A DNA stretch of 63,719 nt, filler included, from Reticulomyxa filosa (Eukaryota; Protista; Foraminifera), in NCBI GenBank assembly GCA_000512085.1. It is 11 parts of 11 records of this genome, joined end to end, with 100 filler letters (N's around TTAATTAATTAA, not from the genome) between each part and the next. Parts side by side here need not be neighbours in the genome. Positions count along the whole stretch, not along the records: positions 1 to 27,743 come from ASPP01008300.1; 10 more parts are not named here. One strand, 5' to 3'. Shown here one piece after another: positions 1-11,610 of this stretch. A program made the translations under genes and the position numbers. Within the stretch, counting starts at the first letter, position 1; every line of letters begins with the position of its first letter. The notes below the pieces were generated by a model, which was not told the origin of the DNA, searched no databases, and saw only the letters and a list, made by a program, of their open reading frames with translations.

Positions 1-68
1 TATACATATATGTATACATATATATTACAATATATAAACCACATTTATACACATATACATGCATACAT

Positions 69-1063
69 GTGTATACATATTATATCATACGTATAATGCA
101 AAAAATTGAAAAGCATCCAGTGTTAAGCATCTTTGGACGACATCCTCGACATCCCTACGGCAGTTTGGCCCGATTTTGTGTGTTAATGTTTTCATTAATG
201 GTAAGTGTATGGATATATCCGGCGATGGAGGGGCTACAACATCGCTCGGATTGGTATGCAATCGTGGTTTGGAGTGCAATCCATGTAGTGATACAATGGA
301 TATTGAAACAAATACCTCATAGTCCGGGCGCTCAAGATTGGCAAACTCAGAATCGGCCATTTTGGGTGATGATGTATCTATCCATTTTGATTGGCATATT
401 TTCATTGGGTGGGTGCGTTGTCTATGCCATCTTTTTTTTTATTTATATTCCGAATATCGCCAACCTTTTCTTCGGGCTTACTTTCCGATGTTGGCAGTAG
501 TTGGGTTGTTCTATTTGTCTTAGTTTCATTTACGTACGAAAACAAAAAAAAAACTACTATTTCATTCGGCTCTGTTTGCGTGGAGTTAGTCTTGGCTGGG
601 ATTTGATCTCATTGCCTCCGTCGCTATTTTTTGGCTCAAAGGCTATTGGGAAGAGCGTGCCAATCCAAACCAATCCTCTTATGCAGTTTGCATTCAAGAG
701 GTTAGAGCCTGTCGACAATTGAAAGTCACTCTGTTATCGCTGCGTGCAAGGGAGGACAATCCGCTGGAACATTGCAATTCCGTGAGGTTTCAAGTGGCCC
801 TCACGGATGACCCGTTCAAAATACCAAAGACACCTCGAATACAAGAAGAAGATGTTCATCCTTTAATTTCCCCTTCCAAACACGCTGTCGGAGGGGCATC
901 CGACTTTGACATTCTGTCCAAACAAACTTCTGTCAACTTGTTTATGCCCCGCAGGCGAACGTATGCTCGATCCAAATTACACAAACAATTCCACAGATTT
1001 GCTCTTGGACAACTTCGTAAAAGTGCCGTTTCACATGGCAATGTCCATCCAAACGCAGTTTAA
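69..1063 (+). CDS. Multi-pass membrane protein, 5'-partial, multi-exon (hypothetical)
   Basis: Several hydrophobic helices in ORF 69..500. A GT-AG intron at about 534-589 leads to an exon SWLGFDLIASVAIFWLKGYWEE that is in frame with ORF 719..1063. The frame around 430-530 is not cleanly resolved (T-run, in-frame TAG at 498). Confidence 0.4.
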
Positions 1064-1820
1064 ACAGGCTCTTTATGTTTCCTCGGCCCATAGCGGTTGA
1101 GCTGGTATCACAAAAGTAAGTCCGGGTGTTGTTTTTTTCAATCATTAATTTTTCTTTTTTAGTTTGTGGCTGTTATCGAAATGTACTTTTAAAAAAAGAA
1201 TTCAAAACGCATTCTCATCCTTCCATCTTTTTTTTCCTTTCTTGTGCACCGAATAAACTGCTGGACACCTTGCTTTTTTTGGCACTTGCTCCAGAATTTA
1301 TGTTCAATTTTTTTTAACATTCCTGGACTTGTAATTAGGAAATTTCTCCAAAGAGACAGCAATTGTTTTTTAAAATTTGATGGTCCTTGGTTCGCCTGCT
1401 GCTTTACTGTACGTTGTACAAAGCGTCCTTAGTTTTAGAAAGGAAAAGTCTCGACACTGGAGGCTGCCCTTTCCAAGAAAAACGGAAATAGATATCAAAC
1501 AGGAGTCAAGATGGGAGGCATGTGTTCATCGTGTTCAGATACAAGTCAAGCCGAAAATGCACAGAAACAGAGGCAAAACCTAATGCCAGAGGTAAAACAA
1601 GCTTCATTTTTGCGCTGCTCGTGTTTTTTTTGTCTTTAGCTGTAAAAAAACTCTTGTTTTTCTTTGGTTTGTTGAAATAATACCCACTCAAGAAAAAACG
1701 TGATTCGATCTCAGACACCGAAGGCCGGGTAGCTACCTAGTATCTATTACGTATAATTTTTTTTGTAACAAAAAAATAAACAAACAAACAATTGACATCG
1801 TTCGATGGACAAAGCCAAGT

Positions 1821-2323
1821 GTGGCGAATGAGGAAGGGGCGGAACGAAAACCGACAGATCTGAACAACTTTGAGTCGTTGTTTGAAGAATTAGCAAAGTT
1901 TATGAAAACATTGCCACCAAAAAGCAAGAAGCATATATGGGAACACGCAGTGACTGACAAAGATAAAAAAGAAAAAAAAGAAAAAAAAGATAAAAAAGAT
2001 AAAAAAGTGTTTGATAAAGCGTCAAAAGAAGAGCATATAACAAGATTGCTATGTGATTGTGTTATTGTCTACATCAAAGTTAAACTTTACGATTGTTTCT
2101 AATATTTTTTGTCGCAATGGCCCTCTTCTTGGCGTGTTTCAAACAGTATTTGAATCGAAAGGAGAAACCATTAAAAACACAAGAAGTTTTGCCCCATGTG
2201 GAACCTGTTTCACGATGGATATTTCAAAAATATGGAGAACTTGACAGACATCGATTTGAACAAGAGAGTGCTTACTTTTCAGGCATTTTAGAAGAATATC
2301 AAGTTAATGCTCGTGCTCACTAA
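1821..2323 (+). CDS. Small hypothetical protein, two exons
   Basis: ORFs 1821..2102 and 2093..2323 join in frame across a GT...AG intron at 2079-2146 (IVYIK|YLNRKE). True start codon uncertain. Confidence 0.45.
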
Positions 2324-4152
2324 TTATTCTCGTTTCATATTTTTTTTTTACATATAACTATACAACACATATCCAATTTTTTCTTTTTGCGCTTGAGTGG
2401 TCCGGTTGAAAATTGTTTTTCACGGGGAATTTTTTTCCCTCTTTTAAATCCTCCCCTTGCCAGTGCTACTCTTTCCCCTTTTTTAAACATTTTTTTGACA
2501 CAAACTTTTACTATGTTAATTTTTGGGTAATATCCAAACACTGGGAAAATATATATAGCATTTCGCAAAATAAGCGTAGCTAAGACTTGGAACCGCCTTT
2601 GCAGTCATTTTGATCTTACTTTCATTGCGTTTTCTTGAGTTTGGCTTTTTTGGAGGGAACTTGCTTTTAAAATCCTGCTTTGCGAGGTCTTTGTATGTAA
2701 TGATATAATGCAGTTGTCACTTTATTTTGCATCAGGAATTTTAGACAAAAACAAAACAAAAACAAAACAAAAACGTGTTTTTGTGCCATTTGAGTTGTCA
2801 ATTATTTTGGTTTGATGGATTTCATCAACTTTCTACCAGCTAAACGACCTACTCAAAAGGAATTTATCAATGATTACATTTTGCCCGTATTTATGTGAAA
2901 TATCAAAATTAGCGTGAAAATATTTTTCTTGATATCTTTGTCTTGCTCTTGTATCATTGCCCACTAGTTCTTACAATAAAAGCTTTTAAAATATCAAATA
3001 TTGTTTCAGTCAAATAATATCGTTTTTCGCGCAAGGGAAATCAATAACTTTGGTCAAATATATCGATGTAAAATTAGTTTGATAAAAAAAGAATTGGATT
3101 CATGTGTATTGCAACGCAATACAAACTTTGCTAAAGTGAAAATAACATTTTTGTAAAAACTTTTCATTCTTCACTTCTATCAAAAGTTTTCTTCTTTTGT
3201 GAACTATTTTCTTATTTAATTTATTTTTGTTTATTGAAGATTTATTTCAATAACAAAGTTAAGTCGTATTATACTTAATCTTACTAACTTCCACTATAAA
3301 TAAAAGTTTGTGTAATGTATATGACTTAAAGTAACTTTGTGTATGCACTAATCAAGTGAGTATAACAATTTTTTAACTTTGTATAATTAGGCTATCATAC
3401 ATAAAGTAAGTTATTTCATAAGTTTATTGTAATTACAATATAAGTCTCACATTAAACCAGCATTAACGAGTTCATATTTGCACAATTATAATCTTATTTT
3501 TGAAAAAAAAAGAGAAAAAATATATTTACATTTTTTCATTCGCATGTCAATGGCTGATCACCATATTGAATTGAACAAAATGATATTATAACGCTTATTC
3601 AATTTAATTTAGTTGTTTAAAGAAAGGTCAGTTTATATTTTAATTAGAATGTTTTAACGAAAAAAGTTAGTTTATACCACTTATTACTAGACAGTTAAAC
3701 TATTAACTTTTTCAAAAAATCATAAAGATCAGAATTTTTGAAAAATTATTAAAGATAAAATAACACGTTCAAAAAAATATGCACAAATACTGCTTTTAAT
3801 ACATAAAAAAAGAATTAGCAAAAAGAACAAAAAATAGATAACAGAATAAATGTTTTTTGAATTTGATTATTTCCTTTACATTTTGTTTGCAGCATTTGCA
3901 TACATGTTTTTTTTGGTAAAAGCAAAAAGTGAAATCTATCAAATATGAAAACATTGATTGTATTTATCTCAATTGAAATATTTTCATCATTTTGAATTAT
4001 TGAATATATTTTGTCAGTGTAAAAAATTTTTTGATTTTATGGAGACACAGCCAGACGTTTTGGTTGAAGACTGAGCCTCAGGGAACTAGTAAAAAATATG
4101 CATATCACATTTACTTTCAAGTTTTTGCGCTGTTCAATTATTCATCGATCAA

Positions 4153-5100
4153 ATGTCGCTTGTTTTCAGTAGATTGGATGCTAAAGCAGCTGTCGAAACG
4201 AAATCTCAAGAATCACGTTTGCGTCGTCTTAAAGACTTACGTCACCAGCACCAAACCTTGTGGAAGCAGAAGCATCAGCAACGAGTCGAAGAAGAAGCAC
4301 AAGTAAAAATGGATCTGAAGAATGAACTGATAAAAAAATGGAAAGAGGAAAAGGAATTCAAGCTGAGGAACTTAACTAGGGCCTGGTGTGCAGTAAGTTT
4401 TGGTGCGGGGCATACGGACGCTGAGCAAGAAACAAAAACACTTTTAGTGGAATCACGACAAGATGCCGCTGCTCTCCGTTTTCAACAACAACAAACGATT
4501 TCACGAGCACAAAAAGCTTTCTGTGACATGCAATTGTCCACAACAAATCAAAAGAAGAAGAAAAAAAAAGAAAAACTAACGCACAACACAATAAAAATAT
4601 GCAAAAATACCAAGAAAATCAAGCAAGTACAGACGTTGAAAAATACAGAGCCAAAAAAAAATCGTCAATATTGGGTGGAAAGAAGTGAAAAAATCTGCAA
4701 TAACCAAAATGTTAAACAACATATATTCGGTAGAGGTGATGTACAATCATCACGACAAAAAATGTGGGCGTGTCATGTTCAGAGCCAGCATGCCTTCCAG
4801 ACTTTATGTCCAAAAATAAACAAAACTTTTGAAAAGGAAATTTTTGCTCCCTTTAGTGTTAGACAAAACAACATCTCCAAAAAGTTAAAAAACAACTTTG
4901 ACACATCTTCTGCTATTCAAAAATATTTTGAGCACATGTTCGAGAGCGAACTGGAGAGAAATCCTCCGATGTATAATGAAGAAACCCCGCGACAAATAAT
5001 TCCAATTCCTGTTGATGATAGTATTCTCAGCGGAGAAAATATTCTAACCCCTCAATCAAGCTCACTCTCAAACAGTGAAACTCAAAACCACTTCAAGTGA
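4153..5100 (+). CDS. Coiled-coil protein with CEP295/DDC8/Ana1-like N-terminal domain
   Basis: SRLRRLKDLRHQ...LKNELIKKWKEEKEFKLRNL...SFGAGHTDAEQE resembles the CEP295 N-terminal pattern RRKLRLLQVREQ...LAEELRAEW...MGEGHRQA (recalled sequence, by-eye alignment). Confidence 0.5.
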   Translation: MSLVFSRLDAKAAVETKSQESRLRRLKDLRHQHQTLWKQKHQQRVEEEAQVKMDLKNELIKKWKEEKEFKLRNLTRAWCAVSFGAGHTDAEQETKTLLVESRQDAAALRFQQQQTISRAQKAFCDMQLSTTNQKKKKKKEKLTHNTIKICKNTKKIKQVQTLKNTEPKKNRQYWVERSEKICNNQNVKQHIFGRGDVQSSRQKMWACHVQSQHAFQTLCPKINKTFEKEIFAPFSVRQNNISKKLKNNFDTSSAIQKYFEHMFESELERNPPMYNEETPRQIIPIPVDDSILSGENILTPQSSSLSNSETQNHFK

Positions 5101-5335
5101 CATATTTTTTTAAAGATCTATTGGGCTAGATAGTAGCGTTTTATGTTATAGAGTTTGTCTTGTTTTTTTATTATTTGTTAATGTATTTAAAGTTTAATTT
5201 CACAATAATAAACAAATCTCTTAAAATATAAAAATGTCAACTATCTTCTGAAATTCCTAAAAATACTAAGATGAAACTGTTTTGGCTTGAAAAAGGGTAA
5301 ATAAAGACAACTTTGTGTAACACAATAATCCTTTG

Positions 5336-6129
5336 ATGGCCACTCAAGTAAATGAAACCGAAGCTGAATTATGCACAATCTGTCAGGAGATTGCTCGAAA
5401 TCCTGTGCTTCGGACCAACTGTGGTCATTTCTTTTGTGGTTGGTCCTCCTTTTTTTACTTGATTTGAAAGTATTATAAACAAATTAAGTCTACACAACCA
5501 TAATGTTGTTGGGTTTAGGAAAATGTATTTGTGAAATTGTTGTACAAAATCAGCCAGTGATCACATGTCCTATTTGTCGTTCTCATATAAATAAGTTGAC
5601 ACAAATTGACAACTTGTTGAGTCCTAAGATTAAATTTCGATATGGTCATATCAGATTGACATTGTTTGTGCCATTTCAATGGCAAAAAATGACAAACACG
5701 AAACCTACAACTGAATTTCTCCATTTATTGTCCAATCTGTTGGGTATTTCTTCGTCCAAAATTAAAATCATTAATAAAGCAGTACAGTGTGAAAATGATA
5801 ATATGATATGGGAGCGGGTCAGCAAAAATTCAGAGTTTGTTATAATTGCCTCGAGAGACAAATATCATGAAAACGACGAAAACTTTTCAGCAGTTGATAG
5901 TCACCATACTTTACGACAACGAATAAATATTTTTTGGATTCAAGTTATATACACCACGAAGCTCTTTTTTTCACAAGTTCGGATAACAAATGGGAATGAG
6001 TTTATGGCCTATATTTTTCATAGTTTGTTATCCATCGGCTGTTTTATTATTTTATTGTTAAGTTTTTGTTTTTTAGTATATACTCATTTTTCAAACGAGG
6101 AAAAAATTTGTGTTGATTTGTCGAAATAG
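5336..6129 (+). CDS. RING-HC E3 ligase with possible ubiquitin-like domain and C-terminal transmembrane helix
   Basis: Exon 1 (5336-5438) MATQ...CTICQEIARNPVLRTNCGHFFCG, intron 5439-5518, exon 2 KCI...CPICR completes a C3HC4 RING. This is followed by a UBL-like segment (LSNLLGISSSKIKIINK) and a hydrophobic tail. Confidence 0.7.
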
Positions 6130-6506
6130 TTTTCGGACATTGGTCGATCCTTCAATAGGTAGATGAAAAATTAAAATGTAGTACTGTATTGTAAGTGCAC
6201 GATCTGCAGCTTTTGACCTTTTGTTTTACTTCGACAGTGTTGATTGGTAGGCTATAATTCAAAAAAAATTATGTAATTGTTAGTGCAAAAAATTCGCTTC
6301 CATTCACAAGTTTTTAAAGCTTAGACCAGGAAACTATTTTGATGAACAAATTGGTACAACTCGCGTGCCAAGTTCATACCCAAGTGGCCCACAAAAAAAG
6401 ACAAACGCTTTCATCATGTTAACAACCCCCTCGAATCAAATTCACATTGAAAAAAAAAATTATTTATGATGAACTGGTACAACACACTCTCAAATTTTCT
6501 TTGTTT

Positions 6507-8230
6507 TCACAGCAAACCACCTATTCAAAGCGAAGCACAAATCACATAATTTTTAAAAACAATGCAAGTCAAAATAAAAAGAATCAAACCTCGTTGTAAC
6601 GAGACGTTGACGATTATGTGTTGCACGTCATTGAACACTTTTTTCACGTTTTCTTGATCTGTAGCGCATGTTAAGTGGCTGTAGATTTGTCGAACACGCG
6701 GATTGTTGTTTTGGTTGATAAATTGTTGTCTTACATATTCCACAGCTATCCATTATTTTTGTGAGTTTTTGATTATTGAAGACAAAGAAAAATCTACCCA
6801 TAATAGTTATTATTATTTTTTTGCATGCCTTTTCTCGCTGTTTTTTTCTTGCAAGAGATGCAAAGGAGTTAAAAAAGCTACAACAAAGTAAACAACGCAC
6901 CTGCGTCAAAATTTTTATCGGGCCCGTCATAATCTTCAAAGCAAACTTTTAATGATCTTCGTTTGATCTTTTCACCGAACAAATCGGATTTGTTCAAGAA
7001 CAATATCATTGACGTTTTGCGAAACCATCGCGAATTGCATGTTTCTTCAAACAAGGACAATGCCTCATGCATAGCGTTGACTGATACATCTTCAAATAGT
7101 CTTTGATCATAACAACTCAACGAGACAACAAATAACACGGCTGTTACCTTTTTTGTTTGTTTTCGTAATCTTTTAAAAAAAGAGAGGCAAGCGCGCAATT
7201 GAATAACAATAAACAAAAGAGAGGGATCGAGAGAAAATGGAAATGTTGTGGGAAGAGTAATTTGTATATGCGATGTTGGATGTACAATTATGCAAAAAAA
7301 AAAAACTATAGAAGAAAAATTTGTGTCAAACAAAACAGCATCAAAGCAGTGTATCCACTTGGTACGTTCACTTCTTTGTCCACCAACGTCATACAAACGA
7401 AATTCGTTACTGTTGTACGCAAATGCACATTCTGTCACACCTGTTGTTGGAGTTCGAACTAATAACAGATCCTATACACACAAAGATGCAGCTTTTGAGA
7501 AAACTATTTGTTTGCTTTTTGTCTTCTTCTAACCCACCGCCCTTGCAGGTTCCCTCTTCTTTTTTTCTTCACACGACGATATTAACTTTTTCGGTCGGCT
7601 TGTAACCAACTTCTGCGATGCGGTCAATGTTCTCAAAGAAATAAGGTGCTGAGTCTACTACAGATAAATTGGTGCGATCTTTGAAGGCTTCTTTGATTGC
7701 AGAGTCCGCCCATACTATTTTCAGATATTTAGCAATTTCTTCATTTATCTCAACATCACGTGGCAAATCATCAAAAAATCTTATTGCTTCCAATGTTTTT
7801 GATTGACATCGTGACTGTTCATATTAATCATGTTGTTCAAAAAACTATAAAGATCATTTTTGTATTAGCGAGGGGGCAAAAGGGGAAAAAAAAGGGGAAT
7901 ACGATTTTATACGTATCCACTTACATCATAGTGCAACGCTCTGCATTCAGTAATCAACGCTTTGACTTGGGCTAATACTGAGTCATAAAGCGGCTTTGTT
8001 GCTTCTGTCTTATTTTCATCTGAAAAACCATCGTTGTGGATCGACGCCAATTGCTTGAAAAAAGTTGATTTTCCACTATTGCCTGGTCCTAACAGTAACA
8101 GTTTTTTTACTGATTTGTCCTTCTTTTTTTCGCTTTCCAAATCCCTTTGCAATCTTTGATCTGTTGCCCGTCCAGCATCATCGGGGCTTTGCCCGATATT
8201 TGACCCGGTACTGGAATTGGTACAACCCAT
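6507..8230 (-). CDS. Heterotrimeric G-protein alpha subunit (about 6 exons)
   Basis: MGC acylation N-terminus, KLLLLGPGNSGKST, switch I LLVRTPTTGV, DVGGQRSER, ILFLNKSD, TCATD. The last mini-exon gives the C-terminus SLQRGGLL* (stop 6507-6509). Confidence 0.95.
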
Positions 8231-8523
8231 GTGATTAGGATTACGAGTTTTTTTTTTTACTTACAAGTCTTTGGCATGTTGCTACCTTAGAATCGCTAGT
8301 ATTGGTTTCTTTCCTCGAAACTTGGAATCTCATTTGAAACTATGCTTAGGAAACTGAACGAAACCATTTCAAAAAACGAGAGACCATATTTATGTATCCT
8401 TAGTTTATTTATTTGATGTTAAAAACGGAACAGATAAGAATACGAAAGGGAAAAAAGGTAAGATTGCACGATATTAAACCAAAAAAAAGGCATTTCATAA
8501 TAAATGCTGTTTCTGAATTGTGA

Positions 8524-9306
8524 TTATATTTCGTATGCTTCATTCAACACAAAACATAAGTGCCCTGCAATTGGAATGTGTTCAATGACATGGCATTTTC
8601 GTGGAGTCGATTCATATAAAATCAACAAATACCGTTGCTTCATGTTAACTTCAATCCTCAAATGTACATTTGAAGAATAATCCCAAAGTGACGCACTTTC
8701 ACTAAGTTTGATTTTTTTTCCAACTGTGGATAGATTATTTTTTTTATTGTACTTTAAAAGATCACCAAGTGAATATGCAATCCGTTGTCTGTTCCAATCG
8801 AAGTAATATGTTTGATAGACACAACCTTGCAGTAGTGGTTCGTCTGCTGCATTGAAACCTCTAGGGATAAAGCCAATCCCAATATCACTATATGAAGCAT
8901 TAATATGACATACATAACGCATCGGATATGAAAACTCTTTTTTCAGTATTACTTGCTTCCAGCCTCTAAAGGGATGACGAACTTTCACAGACAACCTCGT
9001 GTTAAATAGTTCCACAAAGTCGTTCCGTGCAAATTCGAATACAGCTTTTGTTGTGTTATTTTCAATGCACTTTATGTGGAGCCGTTTAACCATAATTCAA
9101 TAGAAATTTTCTTTAAAAACTTACTGCTGGTTTTACAAGAATTTCAATTAGTCACTATGCCTAGCTTGTTCGAAGAACGAAACAAGTCCATTACCTTTGC
9201 TGAACTCGATAATAATTCCAACTAGGTCAACTGACAGTTTATATGGCTGCCCAAAACACCTTCGGCACCAAAATGTAAGAACACTCGTCACTTGATCGTC
9301 ACTCAT
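8524..9306 (-). CDS. Hypothetical protein: N-terminal WxR helical motif plus SPRY/concanavalin-like beta domain
   Basis: Exon 9306-9195 MSDDQVTSVLTFWCRR...LSVDLVGIIIEFSK ends at a GT donor. ORF 8524..9093 has SPRY-like strands (DIGIGFI, LRIEVNMKQRYL). The junction is not cleanly resolved. Confidence 0.4.
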
Positions 9307-9632
9307 ACAAATTTCAGCCGAACGTTTTTCCTTTCCAAAACTTTAAACACGGTACGAGAATATCACCTTATCATGTTTTATTCAGATATTAAACTGTACT
9401 AGTAAAAGTAGATAAATAGTGTTTTGTTGCTCCAGGGATTTGTAACAATTACTGACAAAAAAGTAGTGTGAAAATGTGAGCAACAAACAAGGTTCTATTC
9501 AATCGACGAAATGAATTTTAAAACAAACTTTGCACAAAAAAAAGCAATGCAACACAACGTCGAGGAAGCAATAAAGTCAAGAACAAAAAAAAAAGAACCT
9601 TTACATTTGACATTTTTCTTTCTTCCGGCATG

Positions 9633-11261
9633 TCACACTTCCAAGCCTTCGAGGATTTTTCTCCAAACAACAACCCGCATAATTTCATTCGTTCCTTCCA
9701 AGATTTGATGAACACGACAGTCACGAACAAATCTCTCTACCTCATATTCTTTGAAGTATCCATAGCCTCCGAATAGTTGCAGCGCATCGTTACACACATT
9801 GAAGCACGTATCGGTGACGTATTGTTTCGCCATCGCACAGTACATAGTTCTGTCGGAATCTTCTTCGTCCAACAACTGTGCAGCATTGCGAAGCGTCAAA
9901 CGAGAAGTGTGAACTTTGGTAGCCAAATCAGCAATTTTAAATTGTGTGTGTTGAAAATCGATTATTCGCTGATCAAATTGTCGACGTTCACTTGCATACT
10001 TCAATCCATCTTCCAAGCAACGTTGAGCAGAGCCTAAACTGCATGCCGCTAGTGTAGTTGTATAGATTACAACAACAGTAAAAGCAAATCAACAAATACA
10101 TATGTATAAACACATATATAGTATATATGTAATGCAAAATTATGCTCTCTCATTGCAACTTGTCATAGCATACCGATATTCAATCTACCACCATCCAAGC
10201 CTTTCATAGCAATTTTAAATCCTTCGCCTTCTTCGCCAATTCGGTTGGTGATTGGGATGCGGACATCATCAAAAATACCTGTGTGGTTGGTGACGCATTC
10301 CATCCCATTTTCTTTTCACGCGCGCCAAAGCGTAAGCCTTTGGTATCCTTTGGAACTACCACACAACTGATGCCGCGAGTTTTATGTTCACCAGTTCGAA
10401 CCATCACAAAATACAAGCTATTGAATCCTCCACCTGAAATAAACACTTTTTGTCCATTTATCACATAATCATTGCCATCACGTTTGCAGCTGATTTTCAA
10501 ACTGGCCGAGTCACTCCCGCTGTGGGGCTCTGTCAAGCAATATGACCCCATTGTCTTGTTTGTGTATGGTTATATGGTATTTCATATGTATGCTTCATTC
10601 CGTCAGAGTCCAGTTGTACATTTTTTTAAAAAAAAAGAGGACGAAAAAGAGTGAAATTTCTTGACCAAAAAAAAAAAAGAAAATAACTTCACATGTAAGC
10701 ATCTGTGGCAGATATTTTTTTCTGAGCTCTTCATTTCCAAACTTTGACAACATCCAAGCAGTCATGTTGTGAATAGTAATAAGTGATGTTGTTGAAACAC
10801 AGCCTTGCGACAATGCCTCAAATACAATTGTAGTGTCGTGGCGGCTCAGACCAGTTCCTCCATATGCTGTTGGAATATACAATCCACCAAATCCCAATTT
10901 TGCTGCTTCTTGAATGGCAGAAATATCAATTTCGTGCTTTTCATCCCAATGCTTGGCATTGGGTTTTAATTTGGATTCCATAAAGTCAAGTGCCAATTGT
11001 TGATATGCCAACTGATCCTCATTTAAACCAATTTTTTGCATTCCTTTTTTTATTATGTTATGTTTGTGCGTTTTTCTCCTTCATAAGTGTATTCAATTCA
11101 TCAAAGCGTTAAGGCCACTTTTTTGTTTCAAACGAGACGGTAAGGCCAACACAGAAACACAAACAACGTTGTATAGTAGAGAGGGAAAATCGGGATGTCT
11201 GGTAGACATTCGGACACTTTCTCGTAAATGAAGAGGACACTAAACAAAAACGTCTAAACAT
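9633..11261 (-). CDS. ACAD8: Mitochondrial acyl-CoA dehydrogenase, isobutyryl-CoA dehydrogenase-like
   Basis: Arg/Ser-rich presequence MFRRFCLVSSS; SYCLTEPHSGSDS, INGQKVFISGGG, EKKMGWNASPT, GLDGGRLNI, ALQLFGGYGY, RVHQILEGTNEIMR. One frameshift in the homopolymer at 10271-10275. Confidence 0.88.
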
Positions 11262-11610
11262 ATTTGACTGAGAGAAGCAACAATTATTATGCGGCTGAAC
11301 TTTTATAGATTTTGACGTCATAAGTACAACAGACCTTGATATATGTTTTAGAAGCAATTACGTTTTTTGAAATTGAAAAACGAATTAAAAAAAGTCTTTG
11401 CCTAAGCACTGGATCAATGCAAAAATATCTCGAGATTATGGTTTGGGTGCGTGTTGAAGAAAAACAATGGTGCTGAAAAACGAGTTTGAAGAAGCGCATA
11501 TCCTTCATGCAATTACAAAAGAAACATTCACGAATACGCAAATCAAAAAGGAAAAGAAAAGCAATTTTTGTCCCTGTATTTAAATTTTGATATCACTGTC
11601 TTCCTTCTCC

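Noticed and set aside
498-500. In-frame TAG suggesting stop-codon reassignment or readthrough
   Set aside because: TAG, TAA and TGA all end other genes here, long ORFs lack internal stops, and a nearby T-run explains the frame ambiguity.
2335-4030. Short ORFs and possible RNA genes in AT-rich intergenic DNA (also 29200-30500, 39845-42700, 51400-52400)
   Set aside because: Low-complexity F/K/I/N translations with no motifs; no tRNA cloverleaf or rRNA signature recognised.
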